From positions 1-28,794 of the IMG/VR virus record IMGVR_UViG_3300016476_000766: 28,794 nucleotides of DNA; one strand, given 5' to 3'. The position numbers were made by a program, and so were the translations under genes. The stretch is from a virus. Lineage: Duplodnaviria; Caudoviricetes. Numbering within the stretch: position 1 is the stretch's first letter; the number at the start of each line of letters is the position of its first letter. The notes beneath the pieces were generated by a model. That model did not search any database. It was given only the letters and a program-made list of their open reading frames with translations, and was not told where the DNA came from. Shown here piece after piece: positions 1 through 8,669 of the stretch.

Positions 1-175
1 CTTTTCGTTTTCTCCCCCACGAGGATGCGGGGGGCAGTTGATACGCCATTTCGCACTGTTTTATCTGTGTTGGCGTGCTGGGATGTTTTTCGTTTCTTTT
101 ACCGTAGTGAATGTTTTGTTGCATCTAACGCAGTTGTCGACGGAGTTTATTTTTTTGCAGTTTTTTCCGTGCTAG

Positions 176-204
176 TTGAGTTGTAGCCGTTACACACGTA
201 AACT
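176..204 (+). promoter_or_regulatory. SigA-like promoter for a leaderless first gene
   Basis: TTGAGT (176-181), 17-bp spacer, TAAACT (199-204), GTG start 6 nt later; imperfect palindrome TGTAGCCGTTACA in the spacer. Confidence 0.5.
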
Positions 205-210
205 GTTTTT

Positions 211-771
211 GTGAATTGTTTGCGGTGCTCTGCACGAATCTCACCACTGCAACGTGGAGACATGCGCTACTGCTCGACCAAGTGTCGAGTCGCAGCGCAC
301 CGTTCCGCACCACCAAAGGCATTACGCGATGTCGCTCGTTGGATTCGATGGTCAAAGGACAAGGTGCCTCTGACGATCAAAGGTAACGCTGCGAGTTCGA
401 CTAACGCTTCGACCTGGACTGATTACGAATCGGCAGCATCATCGAGCGTCGGTGTTGGTGTCGGTTTTGTTCTTTCCGGTGACGATCGCATTGTTTGCGT
501 TGATCTCGATGATTGTTTGGACAGTCGTGGAAGATTGCTTGCGTGGGCGAAAGATGTCGTTGATGGTTTGCCTGCAACGTATGTTGAGGTTTCTCCGTCT
601 GGGCGTGGTTTGCACGTTTGGGGTTTTGGCGATGTTGATCGTGCACGTTGCACGACTGGTGTGGAGGTGTATGGCTCTCGCCGGTACATCACCGTCACCG
701 GTCGTCGTTGGCGTCACTCGGTCGGAACGTTCGCTGAGTTGAACGTTTGGATTGACTCGTTACCTGTGTGA
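211..771 (+). CDS. Zn-finger + small AEP/Prim-Pol-like domain protein
   Basis: N-terminal CxxC...YCSTKCRVAAHR; AEP-like motifs VCVDLDDC, YVEVSPSGRGLHVW, VEVYGSRRYITVTG. Confidence 0.75.
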   Translation: MNCLRCSARISPLQRGDMRYCSTKCRVAAHRSAPPKALRDVARWIRWSKDKVPLTIKGNAASSTNASTWTDYESAASSSVGVGVGFVLSGDDRIVCVDLDDCLDSRGRLLAWAKDVVDGLPATYVEVSPSGRGLHVWGFGDVDRARCTTGVEVYGSRRYITVTGRRWRHSVGTFAELNVWIDSLPV

Positions 772-778
772 GGTTTTT

Positions 779-1108
779 ATGGCTACGAAAAAGGCGGCGG
801 CGAAAGTTAGTCGCGCTGTTGGACCGAACGAGAAAGCAGTTCGTACCCATTTGAAGGCGTTGGAAGTTTCTGATGTCGATGATGCGCGTGGCCGTTTGGC
901 GATCACGTTGGCTAAGGCACTCGACAACGATGCAGGCATGGCGACTGCTGCTGTGTCTCGCGAATTGCGTGCAACACTCGCAGAATTAGAAGGTCGTGAT
1001 GGACGGGAATCCGACACACTCACAAGTTGGCTCGCTGAGTTGTCCTCCCCGTTGGTCGACTCCGCGAACGAATCGTCCGACGTTAGGTGGGAAACTCGCA
1101 CAGATTAG
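779..1108 (+). CDS. terS: Terminase small subunit (putative)
   Basis: Small helical ORF directly before and overlapping TerL; LAxxLD...AAVSRELRATLAEL pattern; GAGG upstream of ATG 779. Confidence 0.65.
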   Translation: MATKKAAAKVSRAVGPNEKAVRTHLKALEVSDVDDARGRLAITLAKALDNDAGMATAAVSRELRATLAELEGRDGRESDTLTSWLAELSSPLVDSANESSDVRWETRTD

Positions 1109-2465
1109 TGCTGCGCTTGGTCAGCCTTTTATGCCGTGGCAGCGTCATGTTGCCGATATTGCTTTTGAGATTGATCCTGACACGGGTCGTCTTGTGTATC
1201 GCGAGGTTGTGCTGACAGTTCCTCGCCAGTCTGGCAAGACGACGTTGACGTTGTCGATCATGACTCATCGTTGTATTGCGATGGGAAACAATCAGCGAGT
1301 TTTTTACACTGCTCAATCGGGTAAGGATGCACGGTTGAAGTGGGAGGATGATCATCTTCCGGTATTGGAACAGTCGCCGTTTTCGTCGCTGTTCACTGTT
1401 CGTAAAACGAACGGGTCGGAAGCGATCCGGTGGGCGAACGGGTCAATTTGGGGTTTGCTTGCATCGACTGAGTCGTCCGGTCATGGCGGTCAGTCTGACT
1501 GTTCGATCATCGATGAGGCGTTCGCTCAGAAGGATGCTCGTATTGAGCAGTCGCAGAAGCCTGCGATGGTGACGCGACCGCAACCGCAGTTGTGGATTGT
1601 GTCGACGATGGGCACTGATGAATCGGTGTATCTCAACGAGAAGGTTGATGCAGGTCGTTTGCGTGCTGCTGCTGGCGATACGTCTTCGGTGGCGTTTTTT
1701 GAATGGTCTGCGCCTGAGGATGCTGATCCTGGCGACGAGGCGACGTGGCGGTCGTGCATGCCTGCGTTAGGGCACACGGTCACTGCTGAAACGATCCGGT
1801 ACAACTTTGAATCGATGAGCGAGTCGGAGTTTCGACGAGCGTTTTTGAATCAGCGTCAGTCGCGTGATGCTGCTGCACCTTGGCAGGTTATCTCTGAAGA
1901 TCAGTGGTCTGCGTGTGCAGATACGCGATCTCAGATTGTTGATCAGCCGACGATCGCGATTGATGTCACACCGAATCGTTCGATGACGTCGATTTGTGCT
2001 GCTGGTCTGCGCCGCGATGGTCAGGCGCATGTTGAGGTGATCGCGAATCGTCCTGGTACGTCTTGGGTGCTGGATTGGTTCCGTGAGAATGATCGTGCTC
2101 GCCGGTACAAGTCGATTGTGCTTGATCCTGTGTCTGGCGCAAATTCTTTAATTAATGATTTGCGTGTTGCGGGCCTGAAAATTGTTGAGGTTCGTTCACG
2201 TGAAGTGTCTGCTGCGTGCGGCAAATTTTTTGATTTAACTGTTTCGCAACAGTTACGGCATCTCGATCAGGTGCCTTTAACCACTGCGATCGCTGGTGCG
2301 AAGAAACGCACTCTCGGTGATTCGTGGGCGTGGGCGAGACGTGACACAACGATTGATGTGTCACCTTTGGTCGCTTGCACTCTCGCATTGTTTTGGCACA
2401 CGAATCCTGATTCGGTGCCTAGCGTTCCTTCAATCGTTGACCCTTGGAGCATGACTGATGACTGA
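996..2465 (+). CDS. terL: Terminase large subunit
   Basis: PWQ adenine-binding motif, Walker A VPRQSGKT, Walker B SIIDEA, VSTMG coupling motif, C-terminal RNase H-like AIDVTP and DVSPLVA; exact start uncertain. Confidence 0.95.
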   Translation: MMDGNPTHSQVGSLSCPPRWSTPRTNRPTLGGKLAQISAALGQPFMPWQRHVADIAFEIDPDTGRLVYREVVLTVPRQSGKTTLTLSIMTHRCIAMGNNQRVFYTAQSGKDARLKWEDDHLPVLEQSPFSSLFTVRKTNGSEAIRWANGSIWGLLASTESSGHGGQSDCSIIDEAFAQKDARIEQSQKPAMVTRPQPQLWIVSTMGTDESVYLNEKVDAGRLRAAAGDTSSVAFFEWSAPEDADPGDEATWRSCMPALGHTVTAETIRYNFESMSESEFRRAFLNQRQSRDAAAPWQVISEDQWSACADTRSQIVDQPTIAIDVTPNRSMTSICAAGLRRDGQAHVEVIANRPGTSWVLDWFRENDRARRYKSIVLDPVSGANSLINDLRVAGLKIVEVRSREVSAACGKFFDLTVSQQLRHLDQVPLTTAIAGAKKRTLGDSWAWARRDTTIDVSPLVACTLALFWHTNPDSVPSVPSIVDPWSMTDD

Positions 2466-2601
2466 TGTTTTGACGACGATCGCAGAGTTCCTCGGCGCTG
2501 TCGCAATCGTTATCGGTTGTGCTCTCGTTTCTATTCCTTTGGCATTAGTCGTCGCCGGTGTGTTGACGATTGTTGCCTCGTATCTGGTGGCTAATCGATG
2601 A
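2458..2601 (+). CDS. Small membrane protein (47 aa, not in ORF track)
   Basis: MTDVLTTIAEFLGAVAIVIGCALVSIPLALVVAGVLTIVASYLVANR; overlaps terL end and has ATGA coupling with portal. Confidence 0.75.
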   Translation: MTDVLTTIAEFLGAVAIVIGCALVSIPLALVVAGVLTIVASYLVANR

Positions 2602-3764
2602 GCATCTTTTCAAAACGCGCTGCCGGTATCGAGCGTGTTCGCATTTCTAACTGGGTGCCTGGAGTTAACTATTCGGGCGAGCCTATTAATGAGTCGAATG
2701 CTTTGCAGGTCACGCCAGTGTTGGCGTGTGTCGCATTGTTAGCAGACTCGGTTGCGGTGTTGCCTGCGCGTGCGATTCGCGAAGTTGGTTCACGCACTGA
2801 ACCTGTCGCTCTGCCTGCATGGTTGCGTGACACTCCGGAAACGACAACGTACGAACTTTTTCATCAAATGGTTTCGTCGCTGGCGTTGCATGGCAATTCG
2901 TACAATTACATTGATCGAGATGCGAACACTGGTGCAGTGTTGGCATTAACTCCTTTGCATCCTCAAAATGTGCAGGTCACTGCGGTGAATGGTCGCCGGT
3001 ATTACACAACGAACGGTGTGCCGGTCGCTGAGGAAAACATGTTGCATGTTCGCTGGTGGACTCCACCTCAGTCGCTCGTTGGCATTTCACCTTTAGAGAT
3101 GCAAAAAACTTCGATCGGTCTTGCGTTAGCGATGGAACGTCACCTTGCACAATTTTATGGGCAGGGAGCAACTCCCTCTTCTGTGCTTGAGGTTGATGGT
3201 GACTTGACGGTTGAACAGGCGAAGGTTCTGCAAGAAACTTGGCAGACACAAAATCAACGTCGTCGTCGTCCTGCTGTGCTGACTAATGGAATCAAGTGGC
3301 GTCCTATTCAAACGTCAGCCGCTGATTCTGAAATGAATGAAACTCGCGAGCAGCAGATCGCACAGATCGCACGCATCTTTCGTGTGCCTGCGTACATGAT
3401 CGGCGCTCGCGGCGACTCGCAGACATATCAGAACAATGAGTCTGCTGGTATGCACTTTGTGACATACACATTGCTTCCGTGGCTGCGCCGCATCGAGGTT
3501 GCGTTGTCGTCACTGATGCCGGCACCTCGACGCATCGTTTTTGATACGTCATACTTTTTGCGCGCTGACACAATTAATCGTTATCGCGCATATCAGACTG
3601 CGATCATGTCAAGCATCCTGACGCCAAATGAGGCTCGTCAGTATGAGAACCTCGAACCGTTCGAGGGTGGAGACGAGTTCGTCATGGCATTGCCTGGCGC
3701 TCCGATGGCCGGTCCTGGAATTGATCCGCCGCCTGTCGGTGTTGATGCTGAACCTGAGGTTTGA
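2598..3764 (+). CDS. Portal protein, HK97 family
   Basis: ACVALLADSVA, LALHGNSY, GISPL, IARIFRVP, LTPNEAR motifs; position after terminase. Confidence 0.95.
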   Translation: MSIFSKRAAGIERVRISNWVPGVNYSGEPINESNALQVTPVLACVALLADSVAVLPARAIREVGSRTEPVALPAWLRDTPETTTYELFHQMVSSLALHGNSYNYIDRDANTGAVLALTPLHPQNVQVTAVNGRRYYTTNGVPVAEENMLHVRWWTPPQSLVGISPLEMQKTSIGLALAMERHLAQFYGQGATPSSVLEVDGDLTVEQAKVLQETWQTQNQRRRRPAVLTNGIKWRPIQTSAADSEMNETREQQIAQIARIFRVPAYMIGARGDSQTYQNNESAGMHFVTYTLLPWLRRIEVALSSLMPAPRRIVFDTSYFLRADTINRYRAYQTAIMSSILTPNEARQYENLEPFEGGDEFVMALPGAPMAGPGIDPPPVGVDAEPEV

Positions 3765-3767
3765 TCG

Positions 3768-4817
3768 ATGCCGATTGCACCTGAGGGCGCGCGTGTTGAG
3801 GCTGAGCGCGGATTGGCGTGGCGTCGCGAGTTTGGTCGCGGCGGCACTGACGTCGGCATAGCGCGAGCGCGTGATATTTCAAACAGTGTCGATTTGTCGA
3901 TCGACACGATTAAAAGAATGAACAGTTACTTCGCACGACATGAAGTCGACAAGCAGGGCGAAGGTTTCCGGCCAGGTGAGCCTGGCTATCCATCGAACGG
4001 ACGGATCGCATGGGCGTTATGGGGCGGAGACCCTGGGCGCGCATGGGCCGCCCGAATCCTTGCAAGCGAGAGGTCACAAATGAGCATCGATGAACAAACA
4101 CAGGTCGACGTGAACGACGACGAAAAAAGTGCGATGCGTTACACCGCATCAGATGTTGAGTCACGTCGGATCGGCGGACGCGAAGTTGAGTTTCGTAGTT
4201 TCGAAGTCTCAGAATTGCGGTTCGTTGAGGAAGGCGACGGCGCTCCGGCTCGGCTGGAAGGGTACGCCGCAGTTTTCAACTCTGAAAGTGAACCGTTGCC
4301 ACGACGCGACGGCGGTGTTTTTGTTGAAACGATCGCACCTAACGCTTTTGATCGCACATTGCGCAGCGGTCGAGAAATTCGTGCGTTTGTTAATCACGAC
4401 ACAAACCTTCCGATCGGTTCCACAAAGAACGGTTCACTTTTCCTCGACACTGATCAACGCGGTTTAAAGGTCGATATTGAATTGCCGAATACGTCTTATG
4501 CACGCGATTTAGAAGCGAACGTTGCTTCAGGTCTTGTGCACTCTTTCTCTTTCGGTTTTTCGGTGCCGCGTGGCGGTGATGCGTGGAGTGCTGATGGCAC
4601 GTCACGCGAGTTACGTGAAATCATTTTGCATGAGGTTTCTCCGGTGACAGGTTTTCCTGCCTATCCGGAAACGGACTCGGCACAGTTGCGCAGTAGCGAC
4701 GATGACCAGTCCGATCAGATCGTCGACGATTCAATCGTCGATGTTGAGCAGTCAGATGAGCGCACCATTCCGGTCGCGTTGGCTGCTCGCATTCTCGAAC
4801 TTAACGCGAAGCGTTGA
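3768..4817 (+). CDS. HK97-type prohead protease with extra N-terminal domain
   Basis: GYAAVFN, FVETIAPNAF, VNHD, SFSFGF, EVSPVTGFPAYPET motifs in the C-terminal two-thirds. Confidence 0.9.
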   Translation: MPIAPEGARVEAERGLAWRREFGRGGTDVGIARARDISNSVDLSIDTIKRMNSYFARHEVDKQGEGFRPGEPGYPSNGRIAWALWGGDPGRAWAARILASERSQMSIDEQTQVDVNDDEKSAMRYTASDVESRRIGGREVEFRSFEVSELRFVEEGDGAPARLEGYAAVFNSESEPLPRRDGGVFVETIAPNAFDRTLRSGREIRAFVNHDTNLPIGSTKNGSLFLDTDQRGLKVDIELPNTSYARDLEANVASGLVHSFSFGFSVPRGGDAWSADGTSRELREIILHEVSPVTGFPAYPETDSAQLRSSDDDQSDQIVDDSIVDVEQSDERTIPVALAARILELNAKR

Positions 4818-4824
4818 GTCGTTA

Positions 4825-4886
4825 GCAGTCCGGAGTCAGGTCCGGAGCAGTTAGCGCAACTGCCACCACCCTCGACCACCACCTGC
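4825..4886 (+). ncRNA. Structured capsid-leader RNA element (putative)
   Basis: Nested stems GCAG/CTGC, GTCAGG/CCTCGAC, GCAGTT/AACTGC separated by two identical TCCGGA/CACCAC internal loops. Confidence 0.55.
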
Positions 4887-4930
4887 ATCCCACATACACA
4901 AACAACATTCAATCCTGTTAGGAGACACAC

Positions 4931-6139
4931 ATGAGTGAAGAACTCATTGAGCGTCTTACCGAACAGCGTGCGCGTACCTGGGAGCAGGCCAAGGCTCTCC
5001 TCGATTCCGCCGCTGCTGAGGGACGCGACCTGTCCGGCGAAGAAGCCGAACAATTCAACCGTATGAACGATGATCTCGACGCTATGGATGCACGCCGCAA
5101 GGCTGTCCTCGACGCTGAGGCTCGTGACCGTGCAATCGCTGAAGCACGCGCTGCTGCTGGTGTACCCGCCGACCTCGGTCTGCGTTCCGCACCTGCCGCT
5201 GCTGAGAAGACCGACGCTGACATCATCCGTGAAATCGCGATGGGTGAACGTCGTTCGTTCTCATTCGACAAGCGTGATGTCACGAAGGCTTCGACCGGCG
5301 CTCCGGTTCCGACGTCGTTCTACAACACACTCGTTGAGCATCTCGTTGTGCAAGGTCCGATGTTGGACAGCAACGTCATCACGATGTTGACGACTGACTC
5401 TGGCGAAAACTTGCAGATTCCTCGCACCGCCACCTACACCTCACCGATCATTGAGGCTGAAGGTGCAGCGATCGATGAAAGCGACCCGACCTTCGCAGCG
5501 TTCGTAACGCTCGGAGCGTTCAAGTACGCCGCCACATTCCAACTCTCACGTGAGGTTGTGGAAGACAGTGGCATCAACTTGCTCGACTTTGTTGCACGTC
5601 AAGCCGCTATCGGCATGGGCACCGCTGTCAACGCTGGTCTCACCACCGGCACCGGCACTGTGCAACCGACCGGCATCGTCACTGCTGCATCGTCAGCCGT
5701 CACTGGCGGAACCGGTGTCGCTGGCGCACCGTCAGCCGACAACTTGGTTGACCTTGTCTACGCCTGCCCGTCGCCTTACCGTCGTCGCGGTGCATCGTTC
5801 CAGATGCGCGGTGCGACCCTCGGTGCGATCCGCAAGTTGAAGGACAACGATGGTCAATACCTGTGGGCACCTGGTCTCGTCCCTGGCGAACCGGATCGTC
5901 TGCTCGGTTTCCCCGTCTACGAAAACCCCGACGTTCCTGCCGTTGCCGCTGGCGCAAAGTCAGTCATCTTCGGTGACGCTTCGTCGTACTACGTGCGTCA
6001 AGTACGCGGTATCGACTTCGCACGCGACGACAGCGTCGGCTTCGTCAACGACCTCATCACCTTCCGTGTGGTGTGGCGTGGAGACGGCAACCTCACAGAC
6101 AGCAACGCTGTTTGGTACTTCAAGGGTGGCGCGTCCTAA
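4931..6139 (+). CDS. Major capsid protein, HK97 fold with N-terminal scaffold (delta) domain
   Basis: Coiled-coil N-terminus, VPT, SREVVEDS, GTGTVQPTGI, KLKDNDGQYLW, LLGFPV, FGD motifs; strong AGGAG RBS. Confidence 0.96.
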   Translation: MSEELIERLTEQRARTWEQAKALLDSAAAEGRDLSGEEAEQFNRMNDDLDAMDARRKAVLDAEARDRAIAEARAAAGVPADLGLRSAPAAAEKTDADIIREIAMGERRSFSFDKRDVTKASTGAPVPTSFYNTLVEHLVVQGPMLDSNVITMLTTDSGENLQIPRTATYTSPIIEAEGAAIDESDPTFAAFVTLGAFKYAATFQLSREVVEDSGINLLDFVARQAAIGMGTAVNAGLTTGTGTVQPTGIVTAASSAVTGGTGVAGAPSADNLVDLVYACPSPYRRRGASFQMRGATLGAIRKLKDNDGQYLWAPGLVPGEPDRLLGFPVYENPDVPAVAAGAKSVIFGDASSYYVRQVRGIDFARDDSVGFVNDLITFRVVWRGDGNLTDSNAVWYFKGGAS

Positions 6140-6186
6140 GGACGTACCTCCTCAACTTCGTGATCAGTTCTAACTGATTCACATTC

Positions 6187-6233
6187 GCGTGCAGGTGGGA
6201 CGACTTTCCCGTTGGGTTATCCCACCTGCACGC
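6187..6233 (+). promoter_or_regulatory. 14-bp perfect stem-loop after capsid gene (attenuator or translational control)
   Basis: GCGTGCAGGTGGGA (6187-6200) / TCCCACCTGCACGC (6220-6233), 19-nt loop; no U-tract. Confidence 0.6.
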
Positions 6234-6266
6234 ACCACAACGGAACACAACGGAAAGCAGGAACAC

Positions 6267-7541
6267 ATGGGAAAGAAACGAGGCGCGAGTCATGTACGTG
6301 CGAATTCACGGAGCGGAAGTCGATCTGCCGGACTGGCTCGCACAAACAATGATGCAGCGCGGTCGCGCGCAGGCATCCTCATTCACTCCAACGCACCGTG
6401 GGCAGGAACAGGATACGGAGTTCAAACCGGTCACCTCGCAAAAGCCCTCAAAGAAAACGGCCGGAAAGTCACGCTCTCAACGAACTACGGACTCTCCGGC
6501 GGCATCTCAAACTGGGAAGGTATCGAAGTCCTCCCGACCGGATACCACCCCTACTCGGCAGACGTCCTCGAAGCGCACACCAAATATGCCGAAGCGGAAA
6601 CAAAAACCGCAACAGCCCTCGTAACACTTTTCGACTGTTGGGTGTACAAAAACTCGAATGTCGATTCGATACCTGTGATCGCATCGTGGGTTCCTATCGA
6701 TCACACACCTGCGCCGACCGAAGTCATCGAATGGTGCGAACGTTCAAACGTGCTGCCTGTCGCAATGGCGCAATTTGGACTTGAACAACTGCATCGTGCA
6801 GACATCGACGCAATGTATGCACCGCACGGTGTAGATACTGAAACGTTCGAACCTGGCTGCACGATCCAAGGGGCGACAGGTCGAGACATCCTGAACGTTC
6901 CCGACGACGCATTCCTCATCGGTATGGTCGCTGCGAACAAAGGCATTTCACCGATCCGCAAAGCGTGGGGCGAAAATTTGCTCGCCGCCGCACTGTTCAT
7001 GCAACAACATGACGACGCCTGGCTGTATTTGCACACTGAGAAGCGTGGCGCTCACGGCGGCATCGACCTACTCGCATTAACAAAAGCAGCAGGCATTCCT
7101 GAAAATCGTCTCGTATGGGTCGATCAGTGGGCGTACTACTGCGGCATCAACACAGATTTACTTGCAACAATTTTTTCATCGTTCGATGTGAACCTCGCAT
7201 GCTCACGCGGCGAAGGATTTGGTGTGCCAGTCATCGAAACCGCAGCCTGCGGTGTTCCCTCAATCGTCTCGAACTTCACCGCACAACCTGAACTAGTCGG
7301 AGAGCATGGATGGGTGACTGCAGTGCAGCCCGACTGGGACGCAGCACAAAAATCATGGTTCGGAACACCGCTAGTCGAATCGATCGTTGACAATCTCAAC
7401 GACGCATATGACAAAGCACGCGACCCTCAGCTGCGAGCACAGGTTCGCAAACATGCTGAGCAATACGATCATCGTGTTGTGTTCGAAACGCATTGGCAAC
7501 CGATCTTGAATGAGATCGATGTGCGGATGAGTCAACGATGA
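6267..7541 (+). CDS. Glycosyltransferase, GT-B / family 4-like
   Basis: SNAPWAGTGYGVQT N-terminal motif, PHGVD, SRGEGFGVPVIETAACGVPSI (EX7E); AGGA RBS before ATG 6267. Confidence 0.88.
   Translation: MGKKRGASHVRANSRSGSRSAGLARTNNDAARSRAGILIHSNAPWAGTGYGVQTGHLAKALKENGRKVTLSTNYGLSGGISNWEGIEVLPTGYHPYSADVLEAHTKYAEAETKTATALVTLFDCWVYKNSNVDSIPVIASWVPIDHTPAPTEVIEWCERSNVLPVAMAQFGLEQLHRADIDAMYAPHGVDTETFEPGCTIQGATGRDILNVPDDAFLIGMVAANKGISPIRKAWGENLLAAALFMQQHDDAWLYLHTEKRGAHGGIDLLALTKAAGIPENRLVWVDQWAYYCGINTDLLATIFSSFDVNLACSRGEGFGVPVIETAACGVPSIVSNFTAQPELVGEHGWVTAVQPDWDAAQKSWFGTPLVESIVDNLNDAYDKARDPQLRAQVRKHAEQYDHRVVFETHWQPILNEIDVRMSQR
6292..6624 (+). CDS. Overprinted small post-capsid protein (putative head-associated), nested in the GT gene in the +1 frame
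   Basis: MYVRIHGAEVDLPDWLAQTMMQRGRA resembles small post-capsid proteins (VDLPDxxAxxLxxxGxA) with a basic low-complexity tail; GAGG upstream. Confidence 0.5.
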   Translation: MYVRIHGAEVDLPDWLAQTMMQRGRAQASSFTPTHRGQEQDTEFKPVTSQKPSKKTAGKSRSQRTTDSPAASQTGKVSKSSRPDTTPTRQTSSKRTPNMPKRKQKPQQPS

Positions 7542-8068
7542 TCGAGTGGCATTTGCTCGGTAAGCGACAACACGCATTTCGTGCAATCACCTCGCTGCTG
7601 CCTCGGCATTGTGTCATCGTTGAAACGGGAACGATACGCACGCTCGGAAACTGGGCAGGCGACGGACAATCCACGATCGTGTGGAATGAGTTTGCAAAAC
7701 AACTTGACGGGCAAGTGTGGACTATCGACATTGATAGTGCAGGCGCTGACCTTGTCACACATTTAAACCTTACGAACACGATCGCAGTGACTGGCGACTC
7801 GCTCGACATGCTGGAGCGACTGCACGTCGATCGTGTTGACCTTCTGTACCTCGACTCATTCGATATCAACTGGAGTGATCCGCGCCCGTCTGCGCAACAT
7901 CACCTCGACGAATTACATACTGCACTTCATCTGATGAGTGAAGGTTCAATCGTCGCAGTTGATGACAATGAAGGCGATATCGGCAAAGGAATGTTTGTCG
8001 CCGAATTCATGAAAAGCATCGACGCTGAACAGATAGTCGATGGGTACGTCCAAGCCTGGAGGCTATGA
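7538..8068 (+). CDS. Class I SAM-dependent methyltransferase (Methyltransf_24-like)
   Basis: IVETGT, WTIDID, GDS, DLLYLDS, IVAVDD motifs; ATGA coupling to GT. Confidence 0.85.
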   Translation: MIEWHLLGKRQHAFRAITSLLPRHCVIVETGTIRTLGNWAGDGQSTIVWNEFAKQLDGQVWTIDIDSAGADLVTHLNLTNTIAVTGDSLDMLERLHVDRVDLLYLDSFDINWSDPRPSAQHHLDELHTALHLMSEGSIVAVDDNEGDIGKGMFVAEFMKSIDAEQIVDGYVQAWRL

Positions 8069-8069
8069 C

Positions 8070-8669
8070 ATGGCAATCGCCAACGGCTACTGCACACTCT
8101 CTGAACTTAAAGCAGTGATGCGCATCAACGACAATGTTGACGACACTCTGCTCGAACTGCGCATCGAGGAAGCGTCACGCGTAATCGACAATCATTGCGG
8201 CCGTCGCTTTTACGCCGACGCAAATGCGACAGCGCGACTGTTCGCTGCCGTCGATGACTCGGTCATCATGGTCGACGACATTTCGACACTTTCAGGTCTC
8301 GTCATCAAAACGGACGTCGATGGTGACGGCACCTACGCAACGACCCTCACCGCTTCGGATTATCAAGTCGAACCGTTGAATGCGTTAGCGCAAGGGTTGC
8401 CGATCTCAATTATCAGATCGACCATCGCCGGAAAATTTCCGTTGACTCAATCGCCTGCTGGTGTGCAGGTGACTGCACGTTGGGGATGGCCGTCAGTGCC
8501 ATTCCCTGTCCGATCGGCTTGCATCCTGCTCGCTGGTCGACTTGTGAAACGTGGCGATTCACTACTCGGCGTCGCAGGTTTCGGCGACTTAGGTGCCATC
8601 ACTGTGCGCGCAATCGATCCTGACGTTGAACGGATGCTGCGTCCCTTCAAAGTTATGACGGTGGCGTAA
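8070..8669 (+). CDS. Head-to-tail adaptor (gp6/gp15-like)
   Basis: NGYCTLSELK, ASRVIDNHCGRRFY, VQVTARWGWPSVP; GGAGG RBS; position. Confidence 0.85.
   Translation: MAIANGYCTLSELKAVMRINDNVDDTLLELRIEEASRVIDNHCGRRFYADANATARLFAAVDDSVIMVDDISTLSGLVIKTDVDGDGTYATTLTASDYQVEPLNALAQGLPISIIRSTIAGKFPLTQSPAGVQVTARWGWPSVPFPVRSACILLAGRLVKRGDSLLGVAGFGDLGAITVRAIDPDVERMLRPFKVMTVA

Noticed and set aside
6189-6266. GT start at GTG 6189 as in the ORF track
   Set aside because: Buried in a 14-bp stem with no RBS; ATG 6267 has AGGA
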